Origin: Bacteroidota bacterium
GTDB lineage: Bacteria; Bacteroidota; Bacteroidia; Chitinophagales; Chitinophagaceae
Reading direction: 5' to 3'
Length of the DNA stretch: 64,000 nt
Assembly (NCBI GenBank): GCA_947461125.1
Contig: CANHHX010000003.1
Location: forward strand, 9,658-73,657
Part shown: positions 20,323 to 31,306 of the stretch, piece by piece
How the letters are laid out: the number at the start of each line of letters is the position of its first letter
How positions within the stretch are numbered: position 1 is the first letter of the stretch
Made by a program: the position numbers and the translations under genes
Notes under the pieces: model-generated
Told to the model about the DNA's origin: nothing
What the model saw: only the letters and a program-made list of their open reading frames with translations
Databases searched by the model: none

Positions 20323-22299
20323 TTATTTATTGGCTGCATCAAAAGCCGCTTTAACAGCGTCTAGGTGCTTTATAAAGCCCGCCACACTAGGGTCGTAGCC
20401 ATATTTTACATCACTTAACGGCTTTCCGTTTAAATCTAAAAACATATAGAGCGGCTGTGCATTAAAACCAAAGGTTTTAATTTCGTAGTCTAGGTTTTTA
20501 CCGCCTACGGTTTCAATTTTAACGCCGTTTTTGTCAGTGTAATGCTCGCTTGCAGGCAGTTCTTCTGTTTCGTCTACATATAAACTTACGAGTACAAAAT
20601 TTTCTTTGATGCGTGATAGTACCGCCGGATCCTTCCACACCTGTTCTTCCATTTTTCGGCAATTTGGACAGGTGTGTCCTGTAAAATCTAACATCACCGG
20701 CTTCTTTAAAATTTTAGCAGCAGCCATCCCTTCTTCCAAATCAAAATAAGCCGTTAATCCAAAAGGCACTTCTAATTTGTTGGTGTATTTTTTGGGAGGT
20801 GACGCCTGTGGTCCAGCGCTAGGGCTTACCACACCCGCGTTGCCAATTTTATATTGAAGGTCATTTAAATTAAATTCTTGTGTAGTAGATGGAGGGATAA
20901 AACCGCTGAGTGCCTTTAATGGTGCGCCCCATAAGCCTGGCACCATATACACAGCAAAACTAAAACTTGCTATCGCAAAAAATAAACGAGGCACCGACAG
21001 GTATGGCAAATCACTATCGTGCGCAAATTTTAATTTGCCTAGCAAGTAAACGCCTAGTAAGAAAAATACCACAATCCATAATACTAAAAACACATCTCTA
21101 TTTAAAATACCTAAATGATAAGAAAGGTCTACGTTGGATAAAAATTTAAGGGCTAATGCTAGTTCAATAAAACCAAAACTTACTTTGATGGTATTTAACC
21201 AACCGCCACTTTTTGGAAGTGATTGTAGCATGGATGGAAAAAATGCAAACAAAGAAAATGGAATAGCGAGGCCAACCCCAAAACCCATCATACCTACAAT
21301 GGGCGCGAGTCCTACGCCTTGCATACTGGTTTGTCCAAGCAGGGTGCCCACAATTGGTCCGGTGCAAGAAAACGAAACAATTACAAGGGTTAAAGCCATA
21401 AAAAAGATACCAAGTAATCCACCTTTGCCGGCTTTTTGATCGGCTTTGTTGGCCCAACTATTCGGAAGCGCTAATTCAAAAGCACCAAAAAAAGAAATGG
21501 CAAAAACAATAAACACCACAAAAAAGAAAATATTAGAAACCGGGTGCGTCGATATCGTGTATAAAATTTTATCACCAAAAATAAGTGTAAGTATAAGCGT
21601 TGGTATGGTATATATCAGCACAATCGATAGAGAATACCAAACTGCATTTTTTAAACCTTCTATTCTTGTTTTGCTACGCTTTAAAAAAAAGCTAACCGTT
21701 ACGGGTATCAGTGGGAACACACAAGGCGTAATAACAGCAAGCAACCCCGTTGCCAAACAAAGTAAAAAAATGCTCCACATAGAGCCTTCTGTATTTTCAG
21801 ATGCCGCGCCGGCGTCAGCTACATCATTAGTAGTAGCAGCACTCGCATCTGTAATAGTCACGTTTATCTTTTCTTCACCACTCGGAAATTCTTCTCCCTT
21901 TACGCCAAGCCAATTAAAGGTTCCCTTAATAGCCGATACACCCGGCTTAAAAAAAACAGTATACAAAAAAGTTACGCTATCATAAGCAGTTCCTTTATCT
22001 GTGCTGCCCGGAAGCGCCACAGCACCTGCTACGCCTTCTTCTTTAACAGCCGTGGTTACAGAAGCCGAACTATCTAATTGAAGTGAGGATACAAATACGT
22101 CGTCGTTGTTTTTTTTAACGGCTGTAAAAATGCGCGCGCCATTTAATGTGGTAGCTTTTACGAGTAAAGTAGCAGACGTGTCAGACAATTTAGTGGCCGA
22201 AAAAACAAACTGCACAGGTTGCTTAACGTCCTGTGCAGCTATAAACTGAAATGACTGCACCAAAAACAGTGCAACAATAAAAAATATTTTCTTAGTCAT
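20323..22299 (-). CDS. dsbD: DsbD/CcdA-family thiol:disulfide interchange membrane protein
   Basis: TM cysteines TPCVFP and FSCTGP; LPKSGGWL; C-terminal thioredoxin DFTGHTCPNCRKME. Confidence 0.88.
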   Translation of the reverse strand: MTKKIFFIVALFLVQSFQFIAAQDVKQPVQFVFSATKLSDTSATLLVKATTLNGARIFTAVKKNNDDVFVSSLQLDSSASVTTAVKEEGVAGAVALPGSTDKGTAYDSVTFLYTVFFKPGVSAIKGTFNWLGVKGEEFPSGEEKINVTITDASAATTNDVADAGAASENTEGSMWSIFLLCLATGLLAVITPCVFPLIPVTVSFFLKRSKTRIEGLKNAVWYSLSIVLIYTIPTLILTLIFGDKILYTISTHPVSNIFFFVVFIVFAISFFGAFELALPNSWANKADQKAGKGGLLGIFFMALTLVIVSFSCTGPIVGTLLGQTSMQGVGLAPIVGMMGFGVGLAIPFSLFAFFPSMLQSLPKSGGWLNTIKVSFGFIELALALKFLSNVDLSYHLGILNRDVFLVLWIVVFFLLGVYLLGKLKFAHDSDLPYLSVPRLFFAIASFSFAVYMVPGLWGAPLKALSGFIPPSTTQEFNLNDLQYKIGNAGVVSPSAGPQASPPKKYTNKLEVPFGLTAYFDLEEGMAAAKILKKPVMLDFTGHTCPNCRKMEEQVWKDPAVLSRIKENFVLVSLYVDETEELPASEHYTDKNGVKIETVGGKNLDYEIKTFGFNAQPLYMFLDLNGKPLSDVKYGYDPSVAGFIKHLDAVKAAFDAANK

Positions 22300-22754
22300 T
22301 ATTGAAGCTTAAGATCAAAGGTTTTTTTACTAGGCGGCAAGCACTGACGATCATCACAAACCATATATTCGACACTGCCACTGATATTTGTTTTAACACC
22401 TGCTCTCACTTTTAGGGTTTGCGTATAGGTAGCAGTTTCGCCAATATAACGCACATTGGTTTTAAAAATTTCGTCATATACCTGCTTTACTTTACCTACT
22501 TCTTTGGTAACACCAACTACGGTTACAAGCGGATTATTTTTAAAAGCAATTTTAGTAGCTACGGGCCCACCTTTACCAGTGGTTTGCGAATAAATATGCC
22601 AATCCCCTTCTATGTTTGCGGTAGCCGTAAAAGTATAGGTATCGGCACTCACTTTTTTTACCGAATAAGACCAGTCTACGGGGTCCTGAATTTGAGCCGA
22701 CGCCGCATAAGCAATAAACAAAAAAGCAAGTATTGAAAATATTTTTTTCATCAT
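22299..22754 (-). CDS. Stand-alone secreted DsbD N-terminal (Ig-like) domain protein
   Basis: Signal peptide ASA-Q; DPVDW, WHIYS and YMVCDDRQCLPP (nDsbD catalytic CX4C). Confidence 0.85.
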   Translation of the reverse strand: MMKKIFSILAFLFIAYAASAQIQDPVDWSYSVKKVSADTYTFTATANIEGDWHIYSQTTGKGGPVATKIAFKNNPLVTVVGVTKEVGKVKQVYDEIFKTNVRYIGETATYTQTLKVRAGVKTNISGSVEYMVCDDRQCLPPSKKTFDLKLQ

Positions 22755-22756
22755 CG

Positions 22757-23416
22757 TTAATTTAACCCAAGTAATTCAAACACCTTTTTCCCATCGATAT
22801 TACCAAGTATACTTGATGTCGCGCGCTCTGGGTGCGGCATCATACCAAATACATTTTTTGCTGCGTTGCTGATGCCCGCAATATTTCTGGTAGCACCATT
22901 GGGGTTACTTCCTTCCGTAGCAGCTCCGTTTTCGTCACAATAAGTAAAAATGACTTGTCCGTTTGCTTCTAATGCATCGAGTGTTTTGTTGTCTGCAAAA
23001 TAACGGCCCTCGCCATGTGCAATAGGTATTTTTAAAGCCCCTGTTTTGGGATTCGTGATAAATACATTTTTACAAATAAATTGCTGATTGGCATTTTGAA
23101 GCAATACACCCGGAAGCAATCCACTCTCACATAATATTTGAAATCCATTGCACACACCAAGTACTTTACCCCCTCTGTTTGCAAAATCAATTACAGATTG
23201 CATCATGGGGCTAAAACGAGCAATGGCTCCACAACGTAAATAATCGCCATAAGAAAATCCACCCGGAAGTACAATACAATCGTCTGTGGTAAACATGCTA
23301 AGGTCTTTGTCTTTATGCCATAACATAATTACTTCTTTACCCAAATCCTGGGCCAAAGCGTCCTGCATATCTCTGTCACAATTAGACCCTGGAAAAACGA
23401 CCACACCAAATTTCAT
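22757..23416 (-). CDS. purQ: Phosphoribosylformylglycinamidine synthase glutaminase subunit
   Basis: [37 protein letters not shown]; start moved to ATG at 23416. Confidence 0.96.
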   Translation of the reverse strand: MKFGVVVFPGSNCDRDMQDALAQDLGKEVIMLWHKDKDLSMFTTDDCIVLPGGFSYGDYLRCGAIARFSPMMQSVIDFANRGGKVLGVCNGFQILCESGLLPGVLLQNANQQFICKNVFITNPKTGALKIPIAHGEGRYFADNKTLDALEANGQVIFTYCDENGAATEGSNPNGATRNIAGISNAAKNVFGMMPHPERATSSILGNIDGKKVFELLGLN

Positions 23417-23477
23417 AAAATGTATAATTATCTGATAGAATAACACAAAGGTAACCCTCAAAAAGATAAGCAAAAGG

Positions 23478-24467
23478 CTAAATTTTCACCAAATGCCAGT
23501 TGTTGATAATTATAAGGCCGAGAGCGGTCCAAAAAAGAAAATTAGGGAGTAAAAGGCTTCTGGGGTTACTATATCCGTTGGAAATGGTTGCAGAAAGAGG
23601 CACTAGACCCATGAGTAGCACTTGGGGACCTAAACTGCTAAATAAAAAAGGGCTAATAATCAATACAAAAAGGAGTACCATCATCACCCCCCAGTTTTTA
23701 CGTATTTGTATCACTAACCTGCCCACGTGTAATTGTAATTGATAGAGCCCAACAAGGGAGGCGAATACAATAAATCCAAGGTTAAGGAGGTAAAGATTTT
23801 CAACGCCAACAAGAGGTGATCCAAATGTAATAGTGGGCAAATAGTTGATAGCTGTTGACCAGGCATTATTTAAGTATAAAAGCACAAATACAAAATAGTA
23901 AGGAAGCAAAATACCTAATAACAATACCAGCCACTCGGCTATTCTAAACGGCCTTACCACAGCTAATGCAAATAGCACGACCACAATTAATATAGACAAA
24001 GGATGAAATAGAAGAATGGAGATGCCTGCTATCAACCCAATATTAAATAAGAGCGTTTTAGGCTCCGGATTATTGTAGAGCCTGCTAAGCTTAATAAACA
24101 TCCAAAGCGTCAATGAATTACTCACTAATGTTTCTGTTATCAAATCGGATTTCATCAGAAGCCCTGACAACAAAATATACGTCATAGCAGGCACATAGTT
24201 AACACTTGAAAACATGCGTAAATCCTGCATCACCATATTAAGGCGTAACGCCTGTGTAACCAGTAAAGCATGAAATAGTATAACTTGAATGGCAATGGGT
24301 AAATTGTAAATGTACTGAGCAAGTACATATGAAAACAGTCCATTTTGCTGGCCTGCTGCAACAGTTGGCGTGGTTAGATCTGCACCCAAATGAAAATGCA
24401 CACCCACACTCAACAGGAGCACCAGTAAGATATTTACAACAGATCTGTCTCTAAATAAAAAAACCAT
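23478..24467 (-). CDS. Polytopic membrane protein (DUF6427-like)
   Basis: About 9-10 hydrophobic segments; resembles a conserved Bacteroidota membrane family; family name from memory only. Confidence 0.6.
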   Translation of the reverse strand: MVFLFRDRSVVNILLVLLLSVGVHFHLGADLTTPTVAAGQQNGLFSYVLAQYIYNLPIAIQVILFHALLVTQALRLNMVMQDLRMFSSVNYVPAMTYILLSGLLMKSDLITETLVSNSLTLWMFIKLSRLYNNPEPKTLLFNIGLIAGISILLFHPLSILIVVVLFALAVVRPFRIAEWLVLLLGILLPYYFVFVLLYLNNAWSTAINYLPTITFGSPLVGVENLYLLNLGFIVFASLVGLYQLQLHVGRLVIQIRKNWGVMMVLLFVLIISPFLFSSLGPQVLLMGLVPLSATISNGYSNPRSLLLPNFLFWTALGLIIINNWHLVKI

Positions 24468-24493
24468 GGAATACGTTTCGGTCTAAAAGTAAG

Positions 24494-26029
24494 CTAATAA
24501 TCAATTTTAGCAAAACAAGTATACCCTCTATACATGCATGGCACAATCATTTGCCTGAGTCCCACTTGCTTTGCAAGCCTTGGCATAAACTCATGACCCC
24601 GATCTACATTTTTAAAGCCAGGATTTCGATTAATTCTACCATCGGGGGTAATGGCCTGATTGGTTAACACGTTTTGGTTTTTTTCTTGCACGTTAAAAAT
24701 AAAATTGAGCTGATCACCTGAATTTAACATCGAAAACCCAATAAATTTTTCTGAATTATCGTCAAACTGATTTTTACGAATCATATTACTCCATTCCATA
24801 TTCCCTTTTGCGTCAAATGAAATGACAGCAATATTTTCCGCGAAATACCTGACCTGATTGTTGTTGTTAAAAAAAGCATTGTTGCGTCCCCATGGAGAGA
24901 GCCACATACCGCCCATGGGATTGTTCCATGAATAATAATCCATAGGGGACCAGAAAGGAGAGCCATATAAATAATCCCATCTATTAAGCGTGCTTCCCCT
25001 AGAGGAAGAAAAAACAGATTCTGAAATCATCATAAAACCTCCATCTCGCCTGACAAGAATATTTTTTAAAAAATAATCATTGAAAGCAGCCCTTGCTCCA
25101 TTTTGACCCTTTGCATCTTCTTTAAATTCATCCGAGAAATAGGTAGAAGCATTTAATAATTCCTTATCTGAATTTTTATCCCACAAAGTGAAATAAATTC
25201 CTTCAATATTTCCACGTCGTTGTTTTCCAAAAAAAGAAGTGATTAAATAATGCTTGTTTAAATTATCAACTTTGATATGAATATCATCTAAATAAATGCC
25301 TTTAACCCCTAAATCAGAAATATACACATTGTCGTAATTTGCTTTTTTAGAAATCAGTGAAACCTTATTTATATTGTCGTTTTGCGCCGTACCACTCGCT
25401 CTTATACAAATTAAATCACCATCATTATCAAGTGCAAACTCTGCTAAAAAATCGTTGCGTTGCGGCATTGGTAGTTCGATCCGCGATTTTCTAATGAGGC
25501 CAAAATCTTGATCAAACAAACATGTTGTTAATACATGTGATTTTTCATTTTGGCTATTGATTTTAAAAATCATTATTTTTTTCTTGTCTTCACTCACCAC
25601 CAAAGAGTACAATCTATTTGTACCGATAGAATTAGCATCGAGTGTACTATCTAGTTGCATGGGTTCCGACAATAAATTGCCATCACTATCCATTTTTACT
25701 GCCATGCAATACACCGTGCTTTTTCGTTGAAACTGATAGAGCATGTAAAAGTGATTGGCATAAGCTAAAAAGTCAGTTTGCATAAGACGGTCCGGCATAT
25801 TCAGTTGTTGCTTACCTAGTAGTTTCATCTCAGGGTCAAACACCGATATCGTATGTCCATCTCGATAGTTCTTGTATACTAAAATCTTACCGCCTATTTT
25901 ACCGAGCACCTCAAAACTATAAGAACGAGGATCGTCTCTATCCGGCTCGGAAACGGTAATTTGCTGTGCTTTTAAGGTAAAAGACAGCACCACAACAAGC
26001 GAAAAAAGCAATAAAAATGACTTTTTCAT
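24494..26029 (-). CDS. Secreted hypothetical protein (beta-rich, possibly propeller)
   Basis: Long ORF; signal peptide MKKSFLLL...LKA-Q; TAACTTTG promoter upstream; function not recognised. Confidence 0.7.
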   Translation of the reverse strand: MKKSFLLLFSLVVVLSFTLKAQQITVSEPDRDDPRSYSFEVLGKIGGKILVYKNYRDGHTISVFDPEMKLLGKQQLNMPDRLMQTDFLAYANHFYMLYQFQRKSTVYCMAVKMDSDGNLLSEPMQLDSTLDANSIGTNRLYSLVVSEDKKKIMIFKINSQNEKSHVLTTCLFDQDFGLIRKSRIELPMPQRNDFLAEFALDNDGDLICIRASGTAQNDNINKVSLISKKANYDNVYISDLGVKGIYLDDIHIKVDNLNKHYLITSFFGKQRRGNIEGIYFTLWDKNSDKELLNASTYFSDEFKEDAKGQNGARAAFNDYFLKNILVRRDGGFMMISESVFSSSRGSTLNRWDYLYGSPFWSPMDYYSWNNPMGGMWLSPWGRNNAFFNNNNQVRYFAENIAVISFDAKGNMEWSNMIRKNQFDDNSEKFIGFSMLNSGDQLNFIFNVQEKNQNVLTNQAITPDGRINRNPGFKNVDRGHEFMPRLAKQVGLRQMIVPCMYRGYTCFAKIDY

Positions 26030-26174
26030 AGCAAAAAGCTTAGACCTCAAAGTTAAGCCCCTTTATCAAGAAATTACAAACCAAAAGGTTAAATAAATCT
26101 TAGGCATATCCCTATTTATTTAGTACCCGAACTTCTTTTTTGCTATACATTTGTAAAGCAAAACCAACATATAC

Positions 26175-28181
26175 GTGAGCAAGAATCTAAACAAAGTCAC
26201 TTCTGCAGGACTTGTCATTGCACTAGGAATCATTTACGGAGACATTGGAACCTCTCCTTTATACGTTTTAAACGAAATTATTTCAGGTAGAGAAATTAGC
26301 GATTTGCTAATTATTGGTTCCCTATCTTGTATTATCTGGACCCTAACACTCCAAACCACTTTCAAATATGTGATATTGACTTTAAAAGCCGACAACAAAG
26401 GCGAGGGTGGTATTTTTAGTTTATACGCACTTGTAAGACGACGTAAAAAATGGCTCGTGATACCCGCCATGATTGGGGGTGCAGCCTTACTCGCAGATGG
26501 TATTATCACGCCACCTATTACCGTTACTTCGGCCATTGAAGGGCTCAGACAAATTCCTGCTTTTCATGATATTACACAGCAAACCATTGTAACCATTGTG
26601 ATTGCCATTATTAGTTTATTATTTTTTGTACAACAATTTGGCACCGCTTCTATTGGGAAATTATTTGGCCCTATAATGATGGTGTGGTTTGGTATGATTG
26701 CTATTTTAGGTCTTTCTCACATTGTAGATGAACTAAGTGTTTTTAAAGCTTTAAACCCTTATTACGGCGTTAAACTACTGGCCACTTATCCAAAAGGATT
26801 TTGGCTACTTGGCGCTGTGTTTTTATGTACTACTGGGGCAGAAGCACTATACAGCGATTTAGGACACTGCGGCAAAGGCAATATTCGTATTTCTTGGATT
26901 TTTGTAAAAGCATGTTTAATCATGAATTATCTTGGTCAAGGTGCTTGGCTCCTTGCACAATACAAGGGTCAAATTATTCCAGCAGCTGTTATGGCAGATG
27001 GCTTTAATCCTTTTATTGGTATCATGCCACAGTGGTTTAAACTGATAGGTATTATGATTGCCACTGCAGCAGCCATTATTGCGAGCCAGGCCTTAATTTC
27101 TGGATCCTTTACCCTGATCAGTGAAGCCATGCGTCTTAATTTATGGCCTAAAATGAAAATCAATTATCCAACCGAAGAAAAAGGACAACTATACATTCCC
27201 GGCATTAGCCTTTTATTGTTTGTAGGCTGCGTAGGCATTACCTTGTACTTTCAAAAATCTGCCAACATGGGCGCTGCGTATGGTTTAGCCATCACCCTTT
27301 GCATGATTAGCACTTCCATTTTGTTTGCCAACTTTTTAGTAAGCAAACGAACACTTCCAGCTTGGATTTATTTATACCTCGTTGTTTATTTACTTATTGA
27401 AACTTCATTTTTAATTGCCAACCTAGAAAAATTCATGCACGGTGGATACGTAACACTCATTGTAGGTGGTGCACTATTTACGGTGATGTATGTATGGTTT
27501 AGAAGTAGAAAAATTAAAAATAGCTATGTAGAGTTTGTGCATTTGGAAGATTATATTCCAATGATTCAGGAGCTCAGTAACGACAAATCAATTCCTAAAT
27601 ACGCGACGCACCTCGTGTACATGACAAGTGCTAACAACCACAAAGAAATTGAGCATAAAATCATCTATTCTATTTTAAATAAAAAACCGAAACGCGCCGA
27701 TATTTATTGGTTTGTACACGTAGATGTTATTGATGAACCCTACACTTGTGAATACTCGGTAGAACATATCATTCCCAACGATATAATTAGGGTCGAATTT
27801 AGACTCGGATTTAGAATGGAACAGCGTATCAACCTAATGTTTAGAAAAGTGGTAGAGGATTTGGTAACCAATAAAGAGGTAAATATTACCAGTCGTTACG
27901 AGAGCCTAGAAAAAAACAATGTGGTGGGCGATTTTCAATTTATTGTACTTGAAAAATATTTAAGTGGTGATAATGATCTTCCCATTGTTCAAAGAATGAT
28001 CATGAAACTTTATTTCTGGCTCAAAGAAATTAGCCTTGGCGAAGAACGTGGGTTTGGTCTCGATCCAAGTAATGTAACCATCGAAAAATTCCCGCTTATA
28101 GTAGCACCTGTTGCGAATTTAAATTTAAAGCGCATTTATTATGATGGTTTCGACGAAGACGAAGAAGATGAAATTGTATAA
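26175..28181 (+). CDS. kup: KUP/HAK/KT potassium transporter
   Basis: GIIYGDIGTSPLY, GEGG, TGAEALYSDLGH, AAYGLA; GTG start. Confidence 0.96.
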   Translation: MSKNLNKVTSAGLVIALGIIYGDIGTSPLYVLNEIISGREISDLLIIGSLSCIIWTLTLQTTFKYVILTLKADNKGEGGIFSLYALVRRRKKWLVIPAMIGGAALLADGIITPPITVTSAIEGLRQIPAFHDITQQTIVTIVIAIISLLFFVQQFGTASIGKLFGPIMMVWFGMIAILGLSHIVDELSVFKALNPYYGVKLLATYPKGFWLLGAVFLCTTGAEALYSDLGHCGKGNIRISWIFVKACLIMNYLGQGAWLLAQYKGQIIPAAVMADGFNPFIGIMPQWFKLIGIMIATAAAIIASQALISGSFTLISEAMRLNLWPKMKINYPTEEKGQLYIPGISLLLFVGCVGITLYFQKSANMGAAYGLAITLCMISTSILFANFLVSKRTLPAWIYLYLVVYLLIETSFLIANLEKFMHGGYVTLIVGGALFTVMYVWFRSRKIKNSYVEFVHLEDYIPMIQELSNDKSIPKYATHLVYMTSANNHKEIEHKIIYSILNKKPKRADIYWFVHVDVIDEPYTCEYSVEHIIPNDIIRVEFRLGFRMEQRINLMFRKVVEDLVTNKEVNITSRYESLEKNNVVGDFQFIVLEKYLSGDNDLPIVQRMIMKLYFWLKEISLGEERGFGLDPSNVTIEKFPLIVAPVANLNLKRIYYDGFDEDEEDEIV

Positions 28182-28185
28182 GAAT

Positions 28186-29094
28186 TTATAATTCTTGAAC
28201 ACTCACTTTTTTGGCCGATACTTGTAAAGTATAATGAGCACCATGTTTGATGGCATAATTTTCTTTGTCATGACTTACCGGAAAATCGTAACACACCGGA
28301 TAACTGTATTCCGCAACAGCAGACTGTATGATTTCATATACCGTTGCGCCAAAAGCCGGATCCGAATCTTTGGTTTGGGTAAACCCTCCAACTATAAGCC
28401 CAGCAAGGTTTGTAAGCATGCCGGCTCTTTTTAGTTGAATCATCATCCGGTCTATATTGTATTTGTATTCTCCAATATCTTCTAGAAATAAAATAGCATT
28501 TTTTGTTTGCAATTCTGACACCGTCCCAACTGCGTGAGCCACGAGTGTTAAATTACCACCCACCAATTTTCCGGTAGCTTTTCCGAGTCTATTAAGTGCA
28601 TGTGTGGCTGCTTTATAATTTGCTTTTTTTCCTTGTAAAGCATGTTTTAAAGAAAGTACCCACTCATTATTAGAACCTCCGTTATTAAACGCACCTGCCA
28701 TAGGTGCATGCAGCGACGCTGTTTTTAACACCTGCGTACAATGATTGTGTAGTAATGTAATATCGCTAAATCCAATTACCCATTTAGGATGCTTTTTAAA
28801 GTTTTTAAAATCGAGTACATCAATAATTCGACTCATACCATAACCACCTCTTCCACACAAAACCGCTTGCACATTTTTATCATCGAGCATTTCCTGTAAA
28901 TCTGCAGCGCGCGCCTCGTCTGTGGCCGAAAAATAATGATGCTGTGTGCCTAGTGTTTTACCAATTTTTACTTTGTAACCCCAGGCTTCTAGGGTACTTA
29001 TACAAGTAGCTGCTTTTTTTGCTGGTAGCGTACCCGAAGGGCATACTAGGCCAATGGTATCGCCCTTTTTTAGGTAGGGTGGAATTTTGATCAT
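28186..29094 (-). CDS. LD-carboxypeptidase (peptidase S66)
   Basis: PPYLKKGDTIG, RGGYG, IGFSDIT, GGNL, FLEDIGE; start moved to ATG at 29094. Confidence 0.92.
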   Translation of the reverse strand: MIKIPPYLKKGDTIGLVCPSGTLPAKKAATCISTLEAWGYKVKIGKTLGTQHHYFSATDEARAADLQEMLDDKNVQAVLCGRGGYGMSRIIDVLDFKNFKKHPKWVIGFSDITLLHNHCTQVLKTASLHAPMAGAFNNGGSNNEWVLSLKHALQGKKANYKAATHALNRLGKATGKLVGGNLTLVAHAVGTVSELQTKNAILFLEDIGEYKYNIDRMMIQLKRAGMLTNLAGLIVGGFTQTKDSDPAFGATVYEIIQSAVAEYSYPVCYDFPVSHDKENYAIKHGAHYTLQVSAKKVSVQEL

Positions 29095-29185
29095 GCGGCA
29101 ATTTAGCAATTTCAAGCAGTACTGACAAGAGGGGATCAAAAAGGCGTTCAACAACGCAGCTAAATTTGTACTTTTGTACCCTATT

Positions 29186-31306
29186 ATGAGTACACCCAAA
29201 CGATATTTAATTACAGCAGCCCTTCCGTATGCGAATGGGCAAAAACATATAGGACATTTGGCAGGCGCTTACCTGCCTGCCGATATTTACGTGCGTTATT
29301 TAAAAGCACAAAAAAGAGACGCCGTTTTTGTTTGTGGAAGTGACGAGCATGGCACTGCTATTCCTATTCAGGCTACCAAAGAAGGCACCACGGCGCAGGC
29401 CATCATAGACAAGTACCATCCTTTAATGGAGCAAAACTTTAAGGACCTAGGGATTGTATTTGATGTATACCACCGAACCAGTGATCCACTGCACCACCAA
29501 ACAGCGCAGGAATTTTTTACAAAACTTGAAGCCAACGGGGATTTAGAAACCAAAGAAACAGAACAATATTTTGACGAAAGCGCCCAAACATTTTTAGCAG
29601 ACAGATATATTAAAGGTACCTGCCCATCATGTGGTTATGATAGTGCCTATGGCGATCAGTGCGAAAAATGTGGCAAGAGCTTAAGTCCCGAAGAGCTTAT
29701 CAATCCAGTAAGTACTTTAAGTGGCAATGCACCCATTAAAAAAACAACCAAGCACTGGTATTTACCACTTAATAGACACGAAGAATTTTTACGCAACTGG
29801 ATTTTAGAAGAACACGGCAATGACTGGCGACCTAGTGTAGTTGGGCAGTGTAAGAGTTGGATAGACGGCGGTTTGCAGCCACGTGCTGTTACCCGTGATT
29901 TAGATTGGGGTGTTAAAGTACCCTTAGCAGGTGCCGACGGCAAAGTACTCTATGTATGGTTTGATGCACCTATTGGTTACATCAGTGCCACTAAACAGTG
30001 GGCCCTCAATACCGGTAACGATTGGAAACCTTATTGGGAAGATAAAGACACCAAGCTGGTGCATTTTATTGGAAAAGATAATATCGTTTTTCACTGTATT
30101 ATATTTCCGGTGATGCTCAAACTGCATGGTAATATTTTACCAACGGACGTTCCTGCCAACGAGTTTATGAATTTGGAAGGCGACAAAATGAGCACTTCTA
30201 GAAACTGGAAATTAGACATGCAGGATTACATCACCGACTTTGTCAACAAAGAAAATGGTGGCCAACAAATGGCGGATGCACTCAGGTACTACCTCACACA
30301 AATAGCACCTGAAACAAAGGATAGTGAATTTATGTGGAAGGGATTTCAAGACGCCATCAATTCCGAACTTGTTAGTGTGTTTGGAAATTTTGTAAACCGT
30401 TCACTCGTGCTCATGCACAAGCTTTGTAACGGCAAAGTGCCTCCTTACCACACAGATATAGAAGATAGTGAAGACGCCTCTGTTAAAGAAGCGATTGCTG
30501 CTACTGCTAAAAAAGTAAGCGACCTTATTGAAGGGTACCGTTTTAGAGAAGCCCTTTTTGAAGTGATTGCACTTGCCAGAATTGGTAATGGTTACATGCA
30601 AAAGAAAGAGCCTTGGATTGTTGCCAAGCAACTAGCCGAGAATCCGGCTGCGCAAAAACAAATTGACAACTGTTTGCACCTGTGTTTACAGCTCACGGCT
30701 AACCTAGCTATTTTGGCGCAACCATTTTTGCCATTTACGGCTAAAAAAATGTGTCACTTACTAAAAGTGGTAGATAAAATATTAGACTGGGAAAATGCGG
30801 GCAGCTTAAAACTATTAAGCGTGGGCTACACCCTTCGCGCACCAGAACTATTATTTAGAAAAATTGAAGACGAAGAAATTGCAGCGCAAATACAAAAATT
30901 AAATGACGCCGCTCAAACAAAAAAAATGGAAACAGCCAATACGCCAATAACATCAACATCTACCATTGCCCCTGTTAAGCCAGAAATTGTATTTGATGAT
31001 TTTGCAAAAATAGATTTGCGTGTAGGAACTATTGTTGCTGCGTCAAAAGTTGAAAAGGCCGATAAACTGCTACAACTCAGTGTAGACCTAGGTTTTGAAA
31101 CACGCACCATTGTATCTGGTATTGCACAGCATTTTGAACCAGAAAGCATTGTTGGAAAGCAAGTAACGGTAGTGGTTAATTTAGCACCACGCAAAATGAG
31201 GGGGATCGAAAGTAATGGTATGATACTCATGGCCGAAGATGCCAATGGAAAACTCCATTTTATTAACCCATCAGACAATATTAATCCAGGAAGTGGTGTG
31301 AGCTAA
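29186..31306 (+). CDS. metG: Methionine--tRNA ligase with C-terminal tRNA-binding domain
   Basis: ALPYANG..HIGH, CGSDEHG, zinc knuckle, KMSTS, C-terminal Trbp111-like domain. Confidence 0.97.
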   Translation: MSTPKRYLITAALPYANGQKHIGHLAGAYLPADIYVRYLKAQKRDAVFVCGSDEHGTAIPIQATKEGTTAQAIIDKYHPLMEQNFKDLGIVFDVYHRTSDPLHHQTAQEFFTKLEANGDLETKETEQYFDESAQTFLADRYIKGTCPSCGYDSAYGDQCEKCGKSLSPEELINPVSTLSGNAPIKKTTKHWYLPLNRHEEFLRNWILEEHGNDWRPSVVGQCKSWIDGGLQPRAVTRDLDWGVKVPLAGADGKVLYVWFDAPIGYISATKQWALNTGNDWKPYWEDKDTKLVHFIGKDNIVFHCIIFPVMLKLHGNILPTDVPANEFMNLEGDKMSTSRNWKLDMQDYITDFVNKENGGQQMADALRYYLTQIAPETKDSEFMWKGFQDAINSELVSVFGNFVNRSLVLMHKLCNGKVPPYHTDIEDSEDASVKEAIAATAKKVSDLIEGYRFREALFEVIALARIGNGYMQKKEPWIVAKQLAENPAAQKQIDNCLHLCLQLTANLAILAQPFLPFTAKKMCHLLKVVDKILDWENAGSLKLLSVGYTLRAPELLFRKIEDEEIAAQIQKLNDAAQTKKMETANTPITSTSTIAPVKPEIVFDDFAKIDLRVGTIVAASKVEKADKLLQLSVDLGFETRTIVSGIAQHFEPESIVGKQVTVVVNLAPRKMRGIESNGMILMAEDANGKLHFINPSDNINPGSGVS

